The notes beneath the pieces are model-generated. The model was not told the DNA's origin and did no database searches. It saw only the letters and a list, made by a program, of their open reading frames with translations. A DNA stretch of 64,000 nucleotides from a bacterium. GTDB taxonomy: Bacteria > UBA10199 > 2-02-FULL-44-16 > JAAZCA01. Both the position numbers and the translations under genes were made by a program. The stretch lies in contig CAXXGI010000003.1 of NCBI GenBank assembly GCA_963674695.2, positions 160,001 through 224,000 of the forward strand. Direction: 5' to 3'. Every line of letters starts with the position of its first letter. Positions within the stretch are counted from its first letter, which is position 1. Of this stretch, positions 18,023-29,030 are shown piece by piece.

Positions 18023-20713
18023 TCAAAACCGCAAAACGGTTTCGACCACTTCGTTTTCACCGATCGTGATGTTGACCCATTTCTTGAGCAGGACCGACTG
18101 TGCTTCGTCGTGATAGCTCGCTTCCAAGTAATAGGGTCCCGGTTCGATTTCGAAGATCTCCCAATCCTGCCCGGTGACGCCGTTGATGAGCTCCCGGTCG
18201 GCGCCGTACTTATACATCTTGAAGTGGCAGAGGATGATCTGATTGTTGGGTCCGCGACCGATGATCTTGAGTTTTCCTGCGGTGAAGATCGCCTCATGGC
18301 TCACGGTCTTGCCGTCTTCCACCTTGATGTCGCGCAGCCAGACCATGGGTTTGGGATCGTCGGTGGAGGCGAAGTTGGTGGACAGGGCATCATAAACCCC
18401 CGGCGCCAGATCGAAGACCGTCCAATCGATGGAGGAGGGGGCCTTTGAGACCACCTCGTCGGAGGCGGCTTTATACACGGTGAACTGCGTCGGGATCGGG
18501 CGTTCCTTGGCATCGCTGCCGCGCAGACGCAGCGTTCCGAGGATGAAGGTGATGACCTGTTCGAGCGGTTTGTCCGCGGTTAGCACGACGCCGGAGACCG
18601 GGACCGAGGGCCTCGGTTCGAGTTTCGATTTGAGGCTCGCCGCGACGATGTCGTAGGTGCCCGGCGGAACCATCCCCTTGATCGGTTCGCCGTTTGCCGA
18701 GGAGAGGCGGCCGATTTCCAGTTGTGACTTCTGATCGCGCAACGTGAACTCGGCGGGGATCTTGTTCCCCTGTCCGTCCACCGCCGAGAGGGTGATCACT
18801 CCCATCTCGAAGGAGACGGTTACCTCGGTCGTTCCCGCGGCGGCGATTTCGATGCCGCTGACCTTCGTGCGCGGGCTGGCCGCAGATTTCGGGTCGTCGC
18901 CGATGGCGAGCAGGTCATATTTTCCCGGCGCCAGCGGAACCGAGCCCCCTTCGGGCGGAAGGGCGGAAGAGGCGACGAGCATGTCGGTGCGGTTGGCCAG
19001 GTAGATCTGAAAGACGAAGGGGAAGGCCTCCTGCTGTGTGGTCATGCCCTTGAGCGCAAGCGTTCCCTTCTGAAACCGGAAGGTTCGTTCGATGGTCTGA
19101 TCGGCATTGATGGCGACATCTTTTTCCGTGAGCGAAAACTCGTCGGGCCCAGCGCCGATGCGCTCCGCTTGGATGTCATAGGTTCCGGGCGTGAACAGAA
19201 AGGTCTTGGCGTCCGCTCCGGTCTCCACCACGGCCACCGGTGCGGATTTGCCCGTGGCCGTTATGGTGTAGCGCGTTGGGGCAAGTTTGCCCGCGTTGTC
19301 CACCGCCGAGAGCGTGAGCGAGCCCAGCGAGAAGGCGATCTCCTGTTCGACCTTGGTCGTCTTGACGATCTCGACACCCTTGAGGATTTTCGAAGGGCGC
19401 TTGCTCTCCTCGGATTCGGCATATTCGATGAGGATGTCATAGGTCCCCGGCGGAAGCGAGATGAGCTTCGTTCCCGTGCTCGTGTCGCGGCGTTCCACGC
19501 GCTGTGAGCCGGCCTTGTAGACGACGAGGTTGAAGGGGATGGGTGAGGCACCTGCGCGCGCGACGAGCTTGAAGTTGTAGGGGAGCGTCGAGTTGATCGA
19601 CTCCGCCAATGCTTGGCGCAGCTCTCCTTCGTTACGGGCGAGGAAGAACTTTCCGTCCCCCTCCTTGGCGATACATTCGAGCTTTTCGTGGTCGGCGGGA
19701 TTGACGTCGAAGGCGATCACATGGACGATGGTCTTGATCGCCTGCGCCTCGAGCTTGCGCGTGGCTTCACACGGATCGCCTTCACAGTTGTCGGCGCCAT
19801 CGGCCACGAGCACGATCACTCGGTCGGCCTCCGTTCCCGTGGGGAAGTCGGTCGCTGCTTCGGTCAGCGTCAGGGCGATGGGGCTCTTGCCCTGCGGGGC
19901 GATGGAGGAGAGCGTCTTCTGGATGCCGCCCAGATCGGGCTCTCCCATGCTGAGCAGGAGCTGCGTGTCGCGGCAGTTGTCGTCGGCGGCGGGCGTTTCG
20001 CTTCCGAAGAGGCGCACCGCGATGTTGCGCGGGAAATCTTTCTGCTGCGCGCTCATCTCAGCGACGACATCATAAAAGGATTCCAGGAGCAGGTCGAACT
20101 TCGACTGATTCGTGGTGGCGGAAAAGGGCGCGGCCATGGAGCCGGAGGCGTCGAGCAGGATGTCGACGTTGGTCTGTGCGGTCACGAGCTTGGGCTGATA
20201 GGCCACCGCCTGTGCCTCGGGTGGCGGCGGGGCCTCCGCGGGTGCCAGGCTGGGAACGGCCAGGGCCTGCATGCCTTGGCCTTCCTCTGTGGCGGCGGGT
20301 TCTGCTTTCTCCGGCGAGAGGGTCGCGAGGCCAGCGTCAAGCGCCTCGGGTTCAGACGGTTCTGCCTCGGCCGGTGGTGTCTCCGGTGTCGTGGCCTCGG
20401 TCGTCGTCTCCGCTTCGGGAGGTACTTTCGTTTCCGCCGCAGGTGGCAGCGTGATTGGACCCGAGGGTTCCGCACGGCCGGCCGCGGTGGTCTCCTCCGG
20501 CGGCGGCATGTCTGCAGCGGGTTCCTCCGGCGACAGAGGGGTCTCGGTCGGTTGCGGGGCGAGCGTCGGGGTGGCGATGCGCTGGCGGACCTCTGCGGCA
20601 GGCCCGGAGGCCTTTTGGGGTTCCGGTTTGTCGGTCTTTTGGCGACATCCCCCGATGCCGACGAGGAGCGCCGCGAGGAGGAATGCCGTGAGGATAGGCC
20701 GAGAGTGACGCAT
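18023..20713 (-). CDS. VWA-domain lipoprotein with Pro/Glu-rich linker and ~6 C-terminal beta-sandwich repeats
   Basis: Lipobox IGGC; MIDAS DASGS, VLVADG and VHVIAF; repeated PG(T/K/V/P)YD motifs. Confidence 0.88.
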   Translation of the reverse strand: MRHSRPILTAFLLAALLVGIGGCRQKTDKPEPQKASGPAAEVRQRIATPTLAPQPTETPLSPEEPAADMPPPEETTAAGRAEPSGPITLPPAAETKVPPEAETTTEATTPETPPAEAEPSEPEALDAGLATLSPEKAEPAATEEGQGMQALAVPSLAPAEAPPPPEAQAVAYQPKLVTAQTNVDILLDASGSMAAPFSATTNQSKFDLLLESFYDVVAEMSAQQKDFPRNIAVRLFGSETPAADDNCRDTQLLLSMGEPDLGGIQKTLSSIAPQGKSPIALTLTEAATDFPTGTEADRVIVLVADGADNCEGDPCEATRKLEAQAIKTIVHVIAFDVNPADHEKLECIAKEGDGKFFLARNEGELRQALAESINSTLPYNFKLVARAGASPIPFNLVVYKAGSQRVERRDTSTGTKLISLPPGTYDILIEYAESEESKRPSKILKGVEIVKTTKVEQEIAFSLGSLTLSAVDNAGKLAPTRYTITATGKSAPVAVVETGADAKTFLFTPGTYDIQAERIGAGPDEFSLTEKDVAINADQTIERTFRFQKGTLALKGMTTQQEAFPFVFQIYLANRTDMLVASSALPPEGGSVPLAPGKYDLLAIGDDPKSAASPRTKVSGIEIAAAGTTEVTVSFEMGVITLSAVDGQGNKIPAEFTLRDQKSQLEIGRLSSANGEPIKGMVPPGTYDIVAASLKSKLEPRPSVPVSGVVLTADKPLEQVITFILGTLRLRGSDAKERPIPTQFTVYKAASDEVVSKAPSSIDWTVFDLAPGVYDALSTNFASTDDPKPMVWLRDIKVEDGKTVSHEAIFTAGKLKIIGRGPNNQIILCHFKMYKYGADRELINGVTGQDWEIFEIEPGPYYLEASYHDEAQSVLLKKWVNITIGENEVVETVLRF

Positions 20714-20779
20714 AAGTGCCACAACGCTACCATATTATTGGCCTTTTGCAAATATTGGATCGCGCCCGAAGCATTATTT

Positions 20780-20811
20780 GAGACAATTCTATCTTCGAGA
20801 CAATTCTATCT
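20780..20811. repeat. 15-bp direct repeat GAGACAATTCTATCT x2 in a divergent promoter region
   Basis: Exact copies at 20780-20794 and 20797-20811. Confidence 0.7.
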
Positions 20812-20825
20812 GTCGGCAAGAATGC

Positions 20826-20854
20826 GGCAACTTTCATGTGCGCGCTGTCGATAA
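20826..20854 (+). promoter_or_regulatory. Bipartite promoter-like motif GGCAAC-N15-GTCGATAA
   Basis: GGCAAC TTTCATGTGCGCGCT GTCGATAA, 30 nt upstream of ATG 20885. Confidence 0.62.
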
Positions 20855-20884
20855 TAAGAAGGGGCGGGGAGAAGGGCTCTCTCT

Positions 20885-22243
20885 ATGATCGGTGCGGGGA
20901 AGGACAGCGCGCGCAATATCTGTCGGGGGGTTTCCTCCGAATGGAAGTCGAAGTGCGCCGATGCGATCAAGAAATGCAAAGAGCATGCCGATGAGCACGG
21001 CACGTCCTTTTCGGAGGAGCCGCTCACGGTGTACGGCTGCGCCAAAAAGAAGTTGACGGTCACTTCATGGGCGCAGTGTCGCCGCATCGTTCCGCAGTTC
21101 TTGGGAAAATGTTCGTCCGTGAAGCAATCGAAGCGTTCCGACGCGAAGGGAATGAAAAAAGAAAAGGTAATCACGGATCCGAAAAAGTTCGATCGGAGTT
21201 GCCGCAAAAACGATTTTGAAAAGCGAACGTTGAAGCTGCAGCTCTCGAGTGAACAAGCGATCCCGGTCACATCGAAGAAGGACTGTCTGGCCTGGAGCAA
21301 ACGCATCAAGCGTTCGCTGAAGCAGCAGCCGGCAAAAGAGCCGAAGGTGATCGACGATCCGAAGCAGTTCGAGGCGAGTTGCCGCGCGAACGATTTTGAG
21401 AAGCAACCGCTGAAGCTGCAGATCTCGAGTGGAAATACGATTCCGGTTACGTCAGAGAAGAGCTGTTTGACCTGGAGCAAGCGCATCAAGCGAAGGTTGA
21501 AGCGGAAACCGGCGAAAAAGGAAACGGTCGTTGCACAACCGCAACAGGAGCGGGAGTTGGAGAAAAGGCCTGCGGCCGTCGTGCCGGAGCTGGGTGGGGG
21601 GAAGACGCTTGCGGATATGATGAAGGGCCTGACCCCGCCGAAGGCCGACGACGATCGATGGAGGGGGCCGCGCCGGGATACGATGGCTCCGAAATCGGTC
21701 GATATTCCGACACAGCATATCGAAATCTCTCAGCCGGATCGGATGGTCGCCCTCGCACCCACGATGGAGCAGGGGAGCGATGTGGGCGGTCCCGACTTCG
21801 GGGATCGTGCCGACGCGATGGTCCCGGCGGGGAAGGCGATCGAGACGGTCGTGACGAGCGCATTGCAGCGCTATCTGACGCCGAAACAGGTCGATCGCCT
21901 GGTGGCTATCGCCCGTAAACAGGGTCTCAAAAAGGGCTTTACGGTCGCCTTTCGCGTTCGCATCGAGCGCGCCACTACTAGTGAGTTCAAGCGCGCGACC
22001 GTCAAGGTTGAGCCGGGCGCGCGGGAAGGAAAGCCGGTCTTCGAGGGTCCGGGGATGACGTCGGCCATTGAAAAGAAGCTGCGTGCGGTGCTCACGCCCA
22101 AATCGCAGAAGATCAGTCTCAAGAAAAGCCAGGCCGAAAAGATCTTTGTCCTCTCCGGCGGCTCCGGCAACATGACCATGCGACAGAAACGTCTCCACCG
22201 CGACGTCTTCATCCCCCAAACCATCTCCTGGACCATGAAATAA
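20885..22243 (+). CDS. Lys/Cys-rich hypothetical protein with a 60-aa internal tandem duplication
   Basis: 452-aa ORF; 180-bp repeat starting at 21164 and 21344 (KVI.DPK.F..SCR.NDFEK..LKLQ.SS...IPVTS.K.CL.WSKRIKR); no signal peptide. Confidence 0.75.
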   Translation: MIGAGKDSARNICRGVSSEWKSKCADAIKKCKEHADEHGTSFSEEPLTVYGCAKKKLTVTSWAQCRRIVPQFLGKCSSVKQSKRSDAKGMKKEKVITDPKKFDRSCRKNDFEKRTLKLQLSSEQAIPVTSKKDCLAWSKRIKRSLKQQPAKEPKVIDDPKQFEASCRANDFEKQPLKLQISSGNTIPVTSEKSCLTWSKRIKRRLKRKPAKKETVVAQPQQERELEKRPAAVVPELGGGKTLADMMKGLTPPKADDDRWRGPRRDTMAPKSVDIPTQHIEISQPDRMVALAPTMEQGSDVGGPDFGDRADAMVPAGKAIETVVTSALQRYLTPKQVDRLVAIARKQGLKKGFTVAFRVRIERATTSEFKRATVKVEPGAREGKPVFEGPGMTSAIEKKLRAVLTPKSQKISLKKSQAEKIFVLSGGSGNMTMRQKRLHRDVFIPQTISWTMK

Positions 22244-22253
22244 GAGCGATCTT

Positions 22254-22292
22254 TCGTCCCTCGTCCCTCGTCCCTCGTCCCTCGTCCCTCGT
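22254..22292. repeat. Heptamer tandem repeat (TCGTCCC)x5
   Basis: Directly visible. Confidence 0.9.
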
Positions 22293-22475
22293 TCTTCCAT
22301 AGTCTGCCTTCGTGGGGTTGTTTTTACCCGGGTCAGAGGCGCTTGAACGATATATCCCCCGAATAATGAAGTCCTTTCTGCAGGTGTCAAAATATTGCTC
22401 GTCATTTTTGCCTTCATACGATACTCTCCGCAAACAACGATGTATGGGGGCCGCTTGTTTGACACCGTCAGAACC

Positions 22476-23672
22476 ATGACAAAACCGACCACAGGCAAAT
22501 CGATGGCATCCATGGACAAGAAGGCGCTCCTCGAGGAGGCCAAGCGTCTGGCTGAGCGTGCGGACAAGCTCGAGGAGCTCGTCGCCATCATCTCCCGCGG
22601 GAAATATATGTGGGAATCGACCTTCGATGCGATCACCACGCCCGTGCAGATCGTCTCTCCCGATTATAAAGTGGTGCGGGCCAACCTGGCGCTCGCCGGC
22701 GTGGCCGAAGATGAGATCTACCGCGTGATCGGCCGCACGTGTTTCGAGGTCTTCGCTGGCCGCACCGCTCCCTGTGTGGATTGTCCCGTCGCTGCAGCGC
22801 TCGAGCGCAACGCCCAGACGCATGCGAGTCTGGGCTGTGTCATCCACGGACTCGAGTTCGAGGCGAGCGCCTATCCCCTCATTCCCCGCGAGGGCGAGCG
22901 GGCCGTCGTGGTGCACTATCGCGACGTGACCGACCAGCGGCGACTGCAGCGCGAGGTGATCCAACAGGAGAAGATGGCCGCCATCGGCATCCTTGCCGGC
23001 GGCGTGGCACACGAGATCAACAATCCGCTGGGCGGCATCATCGCCTTCGCACAGCTCATGAAGCGCGACGTCAAGGATGACTCCCAGTTCCTGGGCGACA
23101 TCGAAGAGATCGAGCGCGCGGCCCTGCGCTGCAAGAAGATCGTCGCCGATCTGCTCGATTTTTCACGTATCTCCAAAGATCGGGAGAAAAAGCTTATCGA
23201 TGTGAACGTCCTGCTCGAAAAGGTCTTTCCCTTCCTGCAGCGGGAGATGCGTTCGATGGCCGTCGAACTCATCTTCGACGCCAGCCCGAACCTCCCGCTG
23301 GTCATGGGCATTCCCGATCGGCTGCAACAGGTCTTCATCAACCTGCTCACCAACGCCTGTCATGCCATGACCAAGGGCGGAACGCTCAACGTCAATACCA
23401 CGGTCGACGAACAACGCGGGCAGGTCGTCATCGTCGTGCGTGATACGGGGCATGGCATTGCGAAGGACATCTGCGAACGCATCTTTGATCCGTTCTTTAC
23501 GACCAAGGAACCCGGAAAGGGCACGGGGCTTGGGCTCTCCATCAGCTATCGCATCGTGCGCGACCACAACGGCGAGATCGAATGCTCGCCCCTCGATGAA
23601 GGAGGCGCCGAGTTTGTCGTGCGCTTGCCTTCAGCGGAGATGGTCGAAGATATGAGTGTTGAAATGCGGTAA
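22476..23672 (+). CDS. Cytoplasmic PAS sensor histidine kinase (NtrB-like)
   Basis: H-box AHEINNPL, N-box [23 protein letters not shown] and GTGLGL; PAS with C..PCxxCP. Start uncertain. Confidence 0.9.
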   Translation: MTKPTTGKSMASMDKKALLEEAKRLAERADKLEELVAIISRGKYMWESTFDAITTPVQIVSPDYKVVRANLALAGVAEDEIYRVIGRTCFEVFAGRTAPCVDCPVAAALERNAQTHASLGCVIHGLEFEASAYPLIPREGERAVVVHYRDVTDQRRLQREVIQQEKMAAIGILAGGVAHEINNPLGGIIAFAQLMKRDVKDDSQFLGDIEEIERAALRCKKIVADLLDFSRISKDREKKLIDVNVLLEKVFPFLQREMRSMAVELIFDASPNLPLVMGIPDRLQQVFINLLTNACHAMTKGGTLNVNTTVDEQRGQVVIVVRDTGHGIAKDICERIFDPFFTTKEPGKGTGLGLSISYRIVRDHNGEIECSPLDEGGAEFVVRLPSAEMVEDMSVEMR

Positions 23673-23673
23673 T

Positions 23674-23752
23674 TCCGGGATCCGGAACTCGGGAACCGGG
23701 ATCCGAAGATCAATATCGGGTCCCGAATCCCGGGTCCCGAATCCCGAGATAC
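23674..23752. repeat. Inverted degenerate heptamer array (CGGGATC / ATCCCGA type)
   Basis: ccgggatccggaactcgggaaccgggatccg faces gggtcccgaatcccgggtcccgaatcccgag. Confidence 0.7.
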
Positions 23753-23761
23753 GGGGGTAAT

Positions 23762-25153
23762 ATGGCTCGCATTTTGATCGTCGATGATGAGGTCGCTATT
23801 CGCAAGGCGCTCGAGCGGTTCTTGACCGGCCTCAAGTACGAGGTCTCCATCGCCGGGGACGGCGAGACGGCCATTGCGATCCTCGAGAAGGAGCAGTTCG
23901 ATCTGGCGCTCGTTGATCTGGTCATGCCCAAACTCGACGGGATCGAGCTGATTCGCCGGATGAAGGCGATGCAGCCCGCCATAGTGCCGATCGTGCTCAC
24001 CGGTTTTGGCACGATCACCTCCGCGGTCGAGGCGATGAAGGCAGGGGCCTATCATTATCTTACCAAACCGTTTGAACTCGACGACATCGCTTCGCTCATC
24101 GCGACGGCCCTCGAACATCGCCAGCTCAAGGAGGAAAACCGCCTGCTCAAGAGCGCGTTGCGTGAGAAGTATCGCTTTGAAAGCATCGTCGGCACGAGCG
24201 ACGAGATGGCCGCCGTCTTCGACATGATCGAGAAGGTCGCCGCCACCGATTCCACCGTGCTCGTCACCGGCGAGAGCGGCACGGGAAAAGAGCTGGTCGC
24301 CAAGGCGATTCACTTCAACAGCGATCGGGCCTCCAATGCCCTGGTGGTGGTCAACTGTGCGGCGATTCCTGAGGAGCTCCTCGAGAGCGAACTCTTCGGG
24401 CACATGAAAGGCGCCTTTACGGGGGCCGTGGCGACGCACGCGGGGCGCTTCGATGCCGCCAACAATGGCACGATCTTCTTGGACGAGATCGGGGATATGA
24501 GCCTCAAACTTCAGGTGAAGGTCTTGCGCGTCTTGCAGGAGCAGCGCTTCGAGCCGGTCGGATCGACCCAGACGCATCAGGTCGATGTGCGCATCATCGC
24601 GGCCACGAACCAGGATCTGGAACTGGCCGTGCGCGAGAAGCGCTTTCGCGAGGATCTCTACTATCGCCTCAACGTCATTCCCATTCATATTCCGCCGCTG
24701 CGCGAACGAGCGGGCGATATCCCGATGCTCTTGCAGCATTTCATCCAGAAGTTCGGCGATGGCCGAGGCGACCGGGACATGTTGCCCGAGACCATGGAAT
24801 ACCTCATGCAATACCGGTGGCCGGGCAATGTGCGCGAGCTGGAAAACGTCGTGGAACGTCTGATGGTGCTCAAGCGCGAAGGCGTGATCGAGCCCTCCGA
24901 TCTTCCGGAGAAGCTCGTCGGAGCGAAACCCGTTGCGGCCAGTGCGGCACTCGCCAACGGTCCCATCGATATTCCGGAGACGGGGCTCTCTTTCAAGAAG
25001 GCCGTGAACGATTTCGAAAAACGATTGATCATGGGTGCGCTCAGCAAGACCGGTGGCAACAAAAACAAAGCGGCCAACCTCTTGAAGCTCAACCGCACCA
25101 CGCTCGTGGAGAAGATCAAGAAGAAGAAACTCGATCGGCTGATCACGGCGTGA
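23762..25153 (+). CDS. Sigma54-dependent response regulator (NtrC family) 1
   Basis: Intact receiver (VDDE, D, KP); GESGTGKE; GAFTGA; Fis-type HTH. Confidence 0.95.
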   Translation: MARILIVDDEVAIRKALERFLTGLKYEVSIAGDGETAIAILEKEQFDLALVDLVMPKLDGIELIRRMKAMQPAIVPIVLTGFGTITSAVEAMKAGAYHYLTKPFELDDIASLIATALEHRQLKEENRLLKSALREKYRFESIVGTSDEMAAVFDMIEKVAATDSTVLVTGESGTGKELVAKAIHFNSDRASNALVVVNCAAIPEELLESELFGHMKGAFTGAVATHAGRFDAANNGTIFLDEIGDMSLKLQVKVLRVLQEQRFEPVGSTQTHQVDVRIIAATNQDLELAVREKRFREDLYYRLNVIPIHIPPLRERAGDIPMLLQHFIQKFGDGRGDRDMLPETMEYLMQYRWPGNVRELENVVERLMVLKREGVIEPSDLPEKLVGAKPVAASAALANGPIDIPETGLSFKKAVNDFEKRLIMGALSKTGGNKNKAANLLKLNRTTLVEKIKKKKLDRLITA

Positions 25154-25193
25154 ACGGGGATGCCGCTATCTTTTTACGAGAAGAGGATGATTC

Positions 25194-26612
25194 ATGTATA
25201 AGCCTTTGAACCTCCTTATTGTGGACGACGATGAATCCATCGTGAAGGTCTTTGAGCGTTTGGCCAAACGCAATGGCTGGATGACAGCTGTGGCGCGCAG
25301 TGCCGAGGAGGCCGTCGAGCAGTTTGGGCGCCGGATCTTCGAGGCGGCTGTCGTCGATATCAAACTCCCTGGCTTTACGGGGCTGCAGCTGCTCGAGCAT
25401 GTCAAGCGCAACGACGTTCATGCCGAGGTGGTCATCATGACCGGCGTGGGCTCCGTCGAGACGGCGGTCATGGCGATGAAGAACGGCGCCTATGATTATG
25501 TGACCAAGCCCTTCGACGACATCGATCGCATCGCCATCGTCCTGGAAAAAGCGATGGAGCGCTACCGCTTGATGCAGAAGCTCAAGCAGCTCGAGCGCAG
25601 CCATGCCGGCGAGGGGTCCTATGAGGGGATCATCGGCAAGAGTCGGAAGATACAAGAGGTCTTCAACACCGTCGAGAGCATCGCTCCGACGACGTCGACC
25701 GTGCTCGTCACCGGCGAGAGTGGCACGGGCAAGGAGCTGATCGCGCGCGCCATTCACAACCGTTCGGAGCGTCGCACGAAGCCATTCGTCGTCATCAACT
25801 GTGCGGCGATCCCGGTGCATCTGCTCGAGAGCGAACTCTTCGGCCACAAGAAGGGATCGTTCACCGGTGCCGTGGCCGATAAGAAGGGGCTCTTCGAAGA
25901 GGCACACGGAGGGACGATCTTTCTCGACGAAATCGGGGAGGTTCCGCCGGCCATTCAGGTGAAGCTCTTGCGCGTCCTCCAAGAGGGCGAGGTGCGCGCT
26001 GTCGGTGGGATGAACTCGCACATCGTCGATGTGCGACTGGTGGCGGCGACCAACCAGGACCTGCAGGTTGCGGTGCACGAGGGGCGCTTCCGCGAGGATC
26101 TCTTCTACCGCTTGAACGTCATCGGCATTCATCTGCCGCCCCTGCGCGAGCGTGCCGATGATATTCCATTGCTGGCCTATTACTTCCTGCAGCAGTTTTC
26201 TGAACGCATGAAGAAGAAGATGGATCGGATCTCGGTCGATGCCCTGCAGGCGCTCCAGAATTATTCCTGGGTGGGAAATGTGCGTGAGCTCGAGAACGTC
26301 ATCGAACGTGCCGTGGTGCTCGCTGCCGGCGAGACGGTCACGGCGCAGGATCTGCCGCCGCGCGTGCTCGGCGAGTCGTTCTATCTGGTCGGCGAGGAGC
26401 GCGAATCGGATCTGACCAAACTTCCGTATCAAGATGCGAAGACGCGCGCGCTCACGGCGTTTAACCGCGCCTACATCACGAGCCTGCTCAAGCAGGCGCA
26501 GGGAAATATCTCGTTTGCGGCCGAGCGCGCGGGCATGGATCGCTCGAACTTCAAGAAGTTGATCAAACGCTATGGAGTCGATCTGAACGAGTTTCGGAAG
26601 GAAGACCGCTAA
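25194..26612 (+). CDS. Sigma54-dependent response regulator (NtrC family) 2
   Basis: Intact receiver; GESGTGKE; GSFTGA; HTH. Confidence 0.95.
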   Translation: MYKPLNLLIVDDDESIVKVFERLAKRNGWMTAVARSAEEAVEQFGRRIFEAAVVDIKLPGFTGLQLLEHVKRNDVHAEVVIMTGVGSVETAVMAMKNGAYDYVTKPFDDIDRIAIVLEKAMERYRLMQKLKQLERSHAGEGSYEGIIGKSRKIQEVFNTVESIAPTTSTVLVTGESGTGKELIARAIHNRSERRTKPFVVINCAAIPVHLLESELFGHKKGSFTGAVADKKGLFEEAHGGTIFLDEIGEVPPAIQVKLLRVLQEGEVRAVGGMNSHIVDVRLVAATNQDLQVAVHEGRFREDLFYRLNVIGIHLPPLRERADDIPLLAYYFLQQFSERMKKKMDRISVDALQALQNYSWVGNVRELENVIERAVVLAAGETVTAQDLPPRVLGESFYLVGEERESDLTKLPYQDAKTRALTAFNRAYITSLLKQAQGNISFAAERAGMDRSNFKKLIKRYGVDLNEFRKEDR

Positions 26613-26626
26613 ACGAAAGGGACGGT

Positions 26627-28012
<1,386 letters not shown>

Positions 28013-28013
28013 A

Positions 28014-28095
28014 ACAGCATACAGCGTATAGCGTGCAGCGTTTAGCGGAGAGAAGAACGTGATCGTGTATACGCTAAACGCTATCCGCTATCCGC
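28014..28095. repeat. Inverted degenerate heptamer array (TAGCGTA / TACGCTA type)
   Basis: cagcatacagcgtatagcgtgcagcgtttagcg faces tacgctaaacgctatccgctatccgc. Confidence 0.7.
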
Positions 28096-28103
28096 GAGGA
28101 GGA

Positions 28104-28448
28104 ATGATGCAGATCAATCTCGAACAACAGGGAACCGTTCAGGTGTTGCATTGTTCCGGCAGCCTCGATGCGGATACCGTTTCGGCATTCAAGAAGCTGG
28201 CCTACGATCTGGTCGGGAAGGGGACGAAGCGCTTCGTGATCGATTGCGCCGACCTTACCTTCATCGATTCGATGGGGCTGGGCGTGTTGATCTCGCTTCT
28301 GCGCCGTGTGCGTCAGCAAGAGGGCGACGTGAAGGTCGCTGGGCTCTCCGACGAGGTCAAGACCATCTTCGAGATCACCCGTTTGCATCGGCTTTTCGAG
28401 GTCTGTTCCGATTGGAACGCCGCGGTGAACGATTTTGATACGAAGTGA
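28104..28448 (+). CDS. STAS-domain anti-sigma factor antagonist (RsbV/SpoIIAA-like)
   Basis: GSLD, LTFIDSMGLGVL with phospho-Ser, IFEITRL; RBS GAGGAGG. Confidence 0.92.
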   Translation: MMQINLEQQGTVQVLHCSGSLDADTVSAFKKLAYDLVGKGTKRFVIDCADLTFIDSMGLGVLISLLRRVRQQEGDVKVAGLSDEVKTIFEITRLHRLFEVCSDWNAAVNDFDTK

Positions 28449-28460
28449 CCGATGACTCGT

Positions 28461-28595
28461 TAGAGCCTGTCGGGAAAAGGGCTTATGCTGTCATTCCCGC
28501 GGAGGCGGGAATCTCGAAGTGCTTGCAAAACCGAGATTCCCGCCTTCGCGGGAATGACAAAAACCAGTGAAATCGTTATTTCCCAACAGACTCTA
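28461..28595. mobile_element. MITE with different 17-bp TIRs (IS5-like ends, TA flanks) carrying the same REP-like doublet
   Basis: TAGAGCCTGTCGGGAAA ... TTTCCCAACAGACTCTA (2 mismatches); internal doublet 28489-28560; sits between TGACTCG and (GTCACGA)x4 heptamers. Confidence 0.7.
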
Positions 28596-28625
28596 GTCAC
28601 GAGTCACGAGTCACGAGTCACGAAT

Positions 28626-29030
28626 ATGTCCTTCCGCTGCGCCTTCACCATTCGAAGCGATACGCGCTATCTCTCCCTTCTTCGGAAGTGGATCGAAGCG
28701 GCGGCGACGCTCATGGGCGAGTCGGCATTCCCTCGACGCGCGGTCATTCCCTGTAGTTTGGCCTTGATCGAGGCGGTCGATAATGCCATCTTCCATGCCC
28801 ATGCACGTCGGGCGCATCTGCCCATCGAGGTGGGGTTGGCTGTTTCTCGAGGCGTTATTGAAATCGATATCGTCGACCAGGGAACGGGGATCGATCATAC
28901 GCCCGTCTGCCAGCCGGAAGCGATGGTGACGCATGGACGGGGCCTGTTTCTCATTCACGAACTGATGCACGATGTGCAAAGTCACAAGGATCGCGGGCGT
29001 CATCGCCTGCACATGACCTATCGCCTATGA
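28626..29030 (+). CDS. Anti-sigma factor / Ser kinase (RsbW-like HATPase)
   Basis: EAVDNAIFHA, DQGTG and GRGLFLI boxes; the ORF-track N-terminal extension is translated repeat. Confidence 0.85.
   Translation: MSFRCAFTIRSDTRYLSLLRKWIEAAATLMGESAFPRRAVIPCSLALIEAVDNAIFHAHARRAHLPIEVGLAVSRGVIEIDIVDQGTGIDHTPVCQPEAMVTHGRGLFLIHELMHDVQSHKDRGRHRLHMTYRL

Noticed and set aside
21164-21523. Possible diversity-generating retroelement template/variable repeat pair
   Set aside because: In-frame tandem duplication with differences not confined to adenines, and no reverse transcriptase in the window.
28485-28625. N-terminal extension of the anti-sigma kinase
   Set aside because: Translation of the MITE/REP and heptamer repeats; likely start is 28626. 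Similar repeat-derived extensions were rejected for the 1495 gene and purQ.
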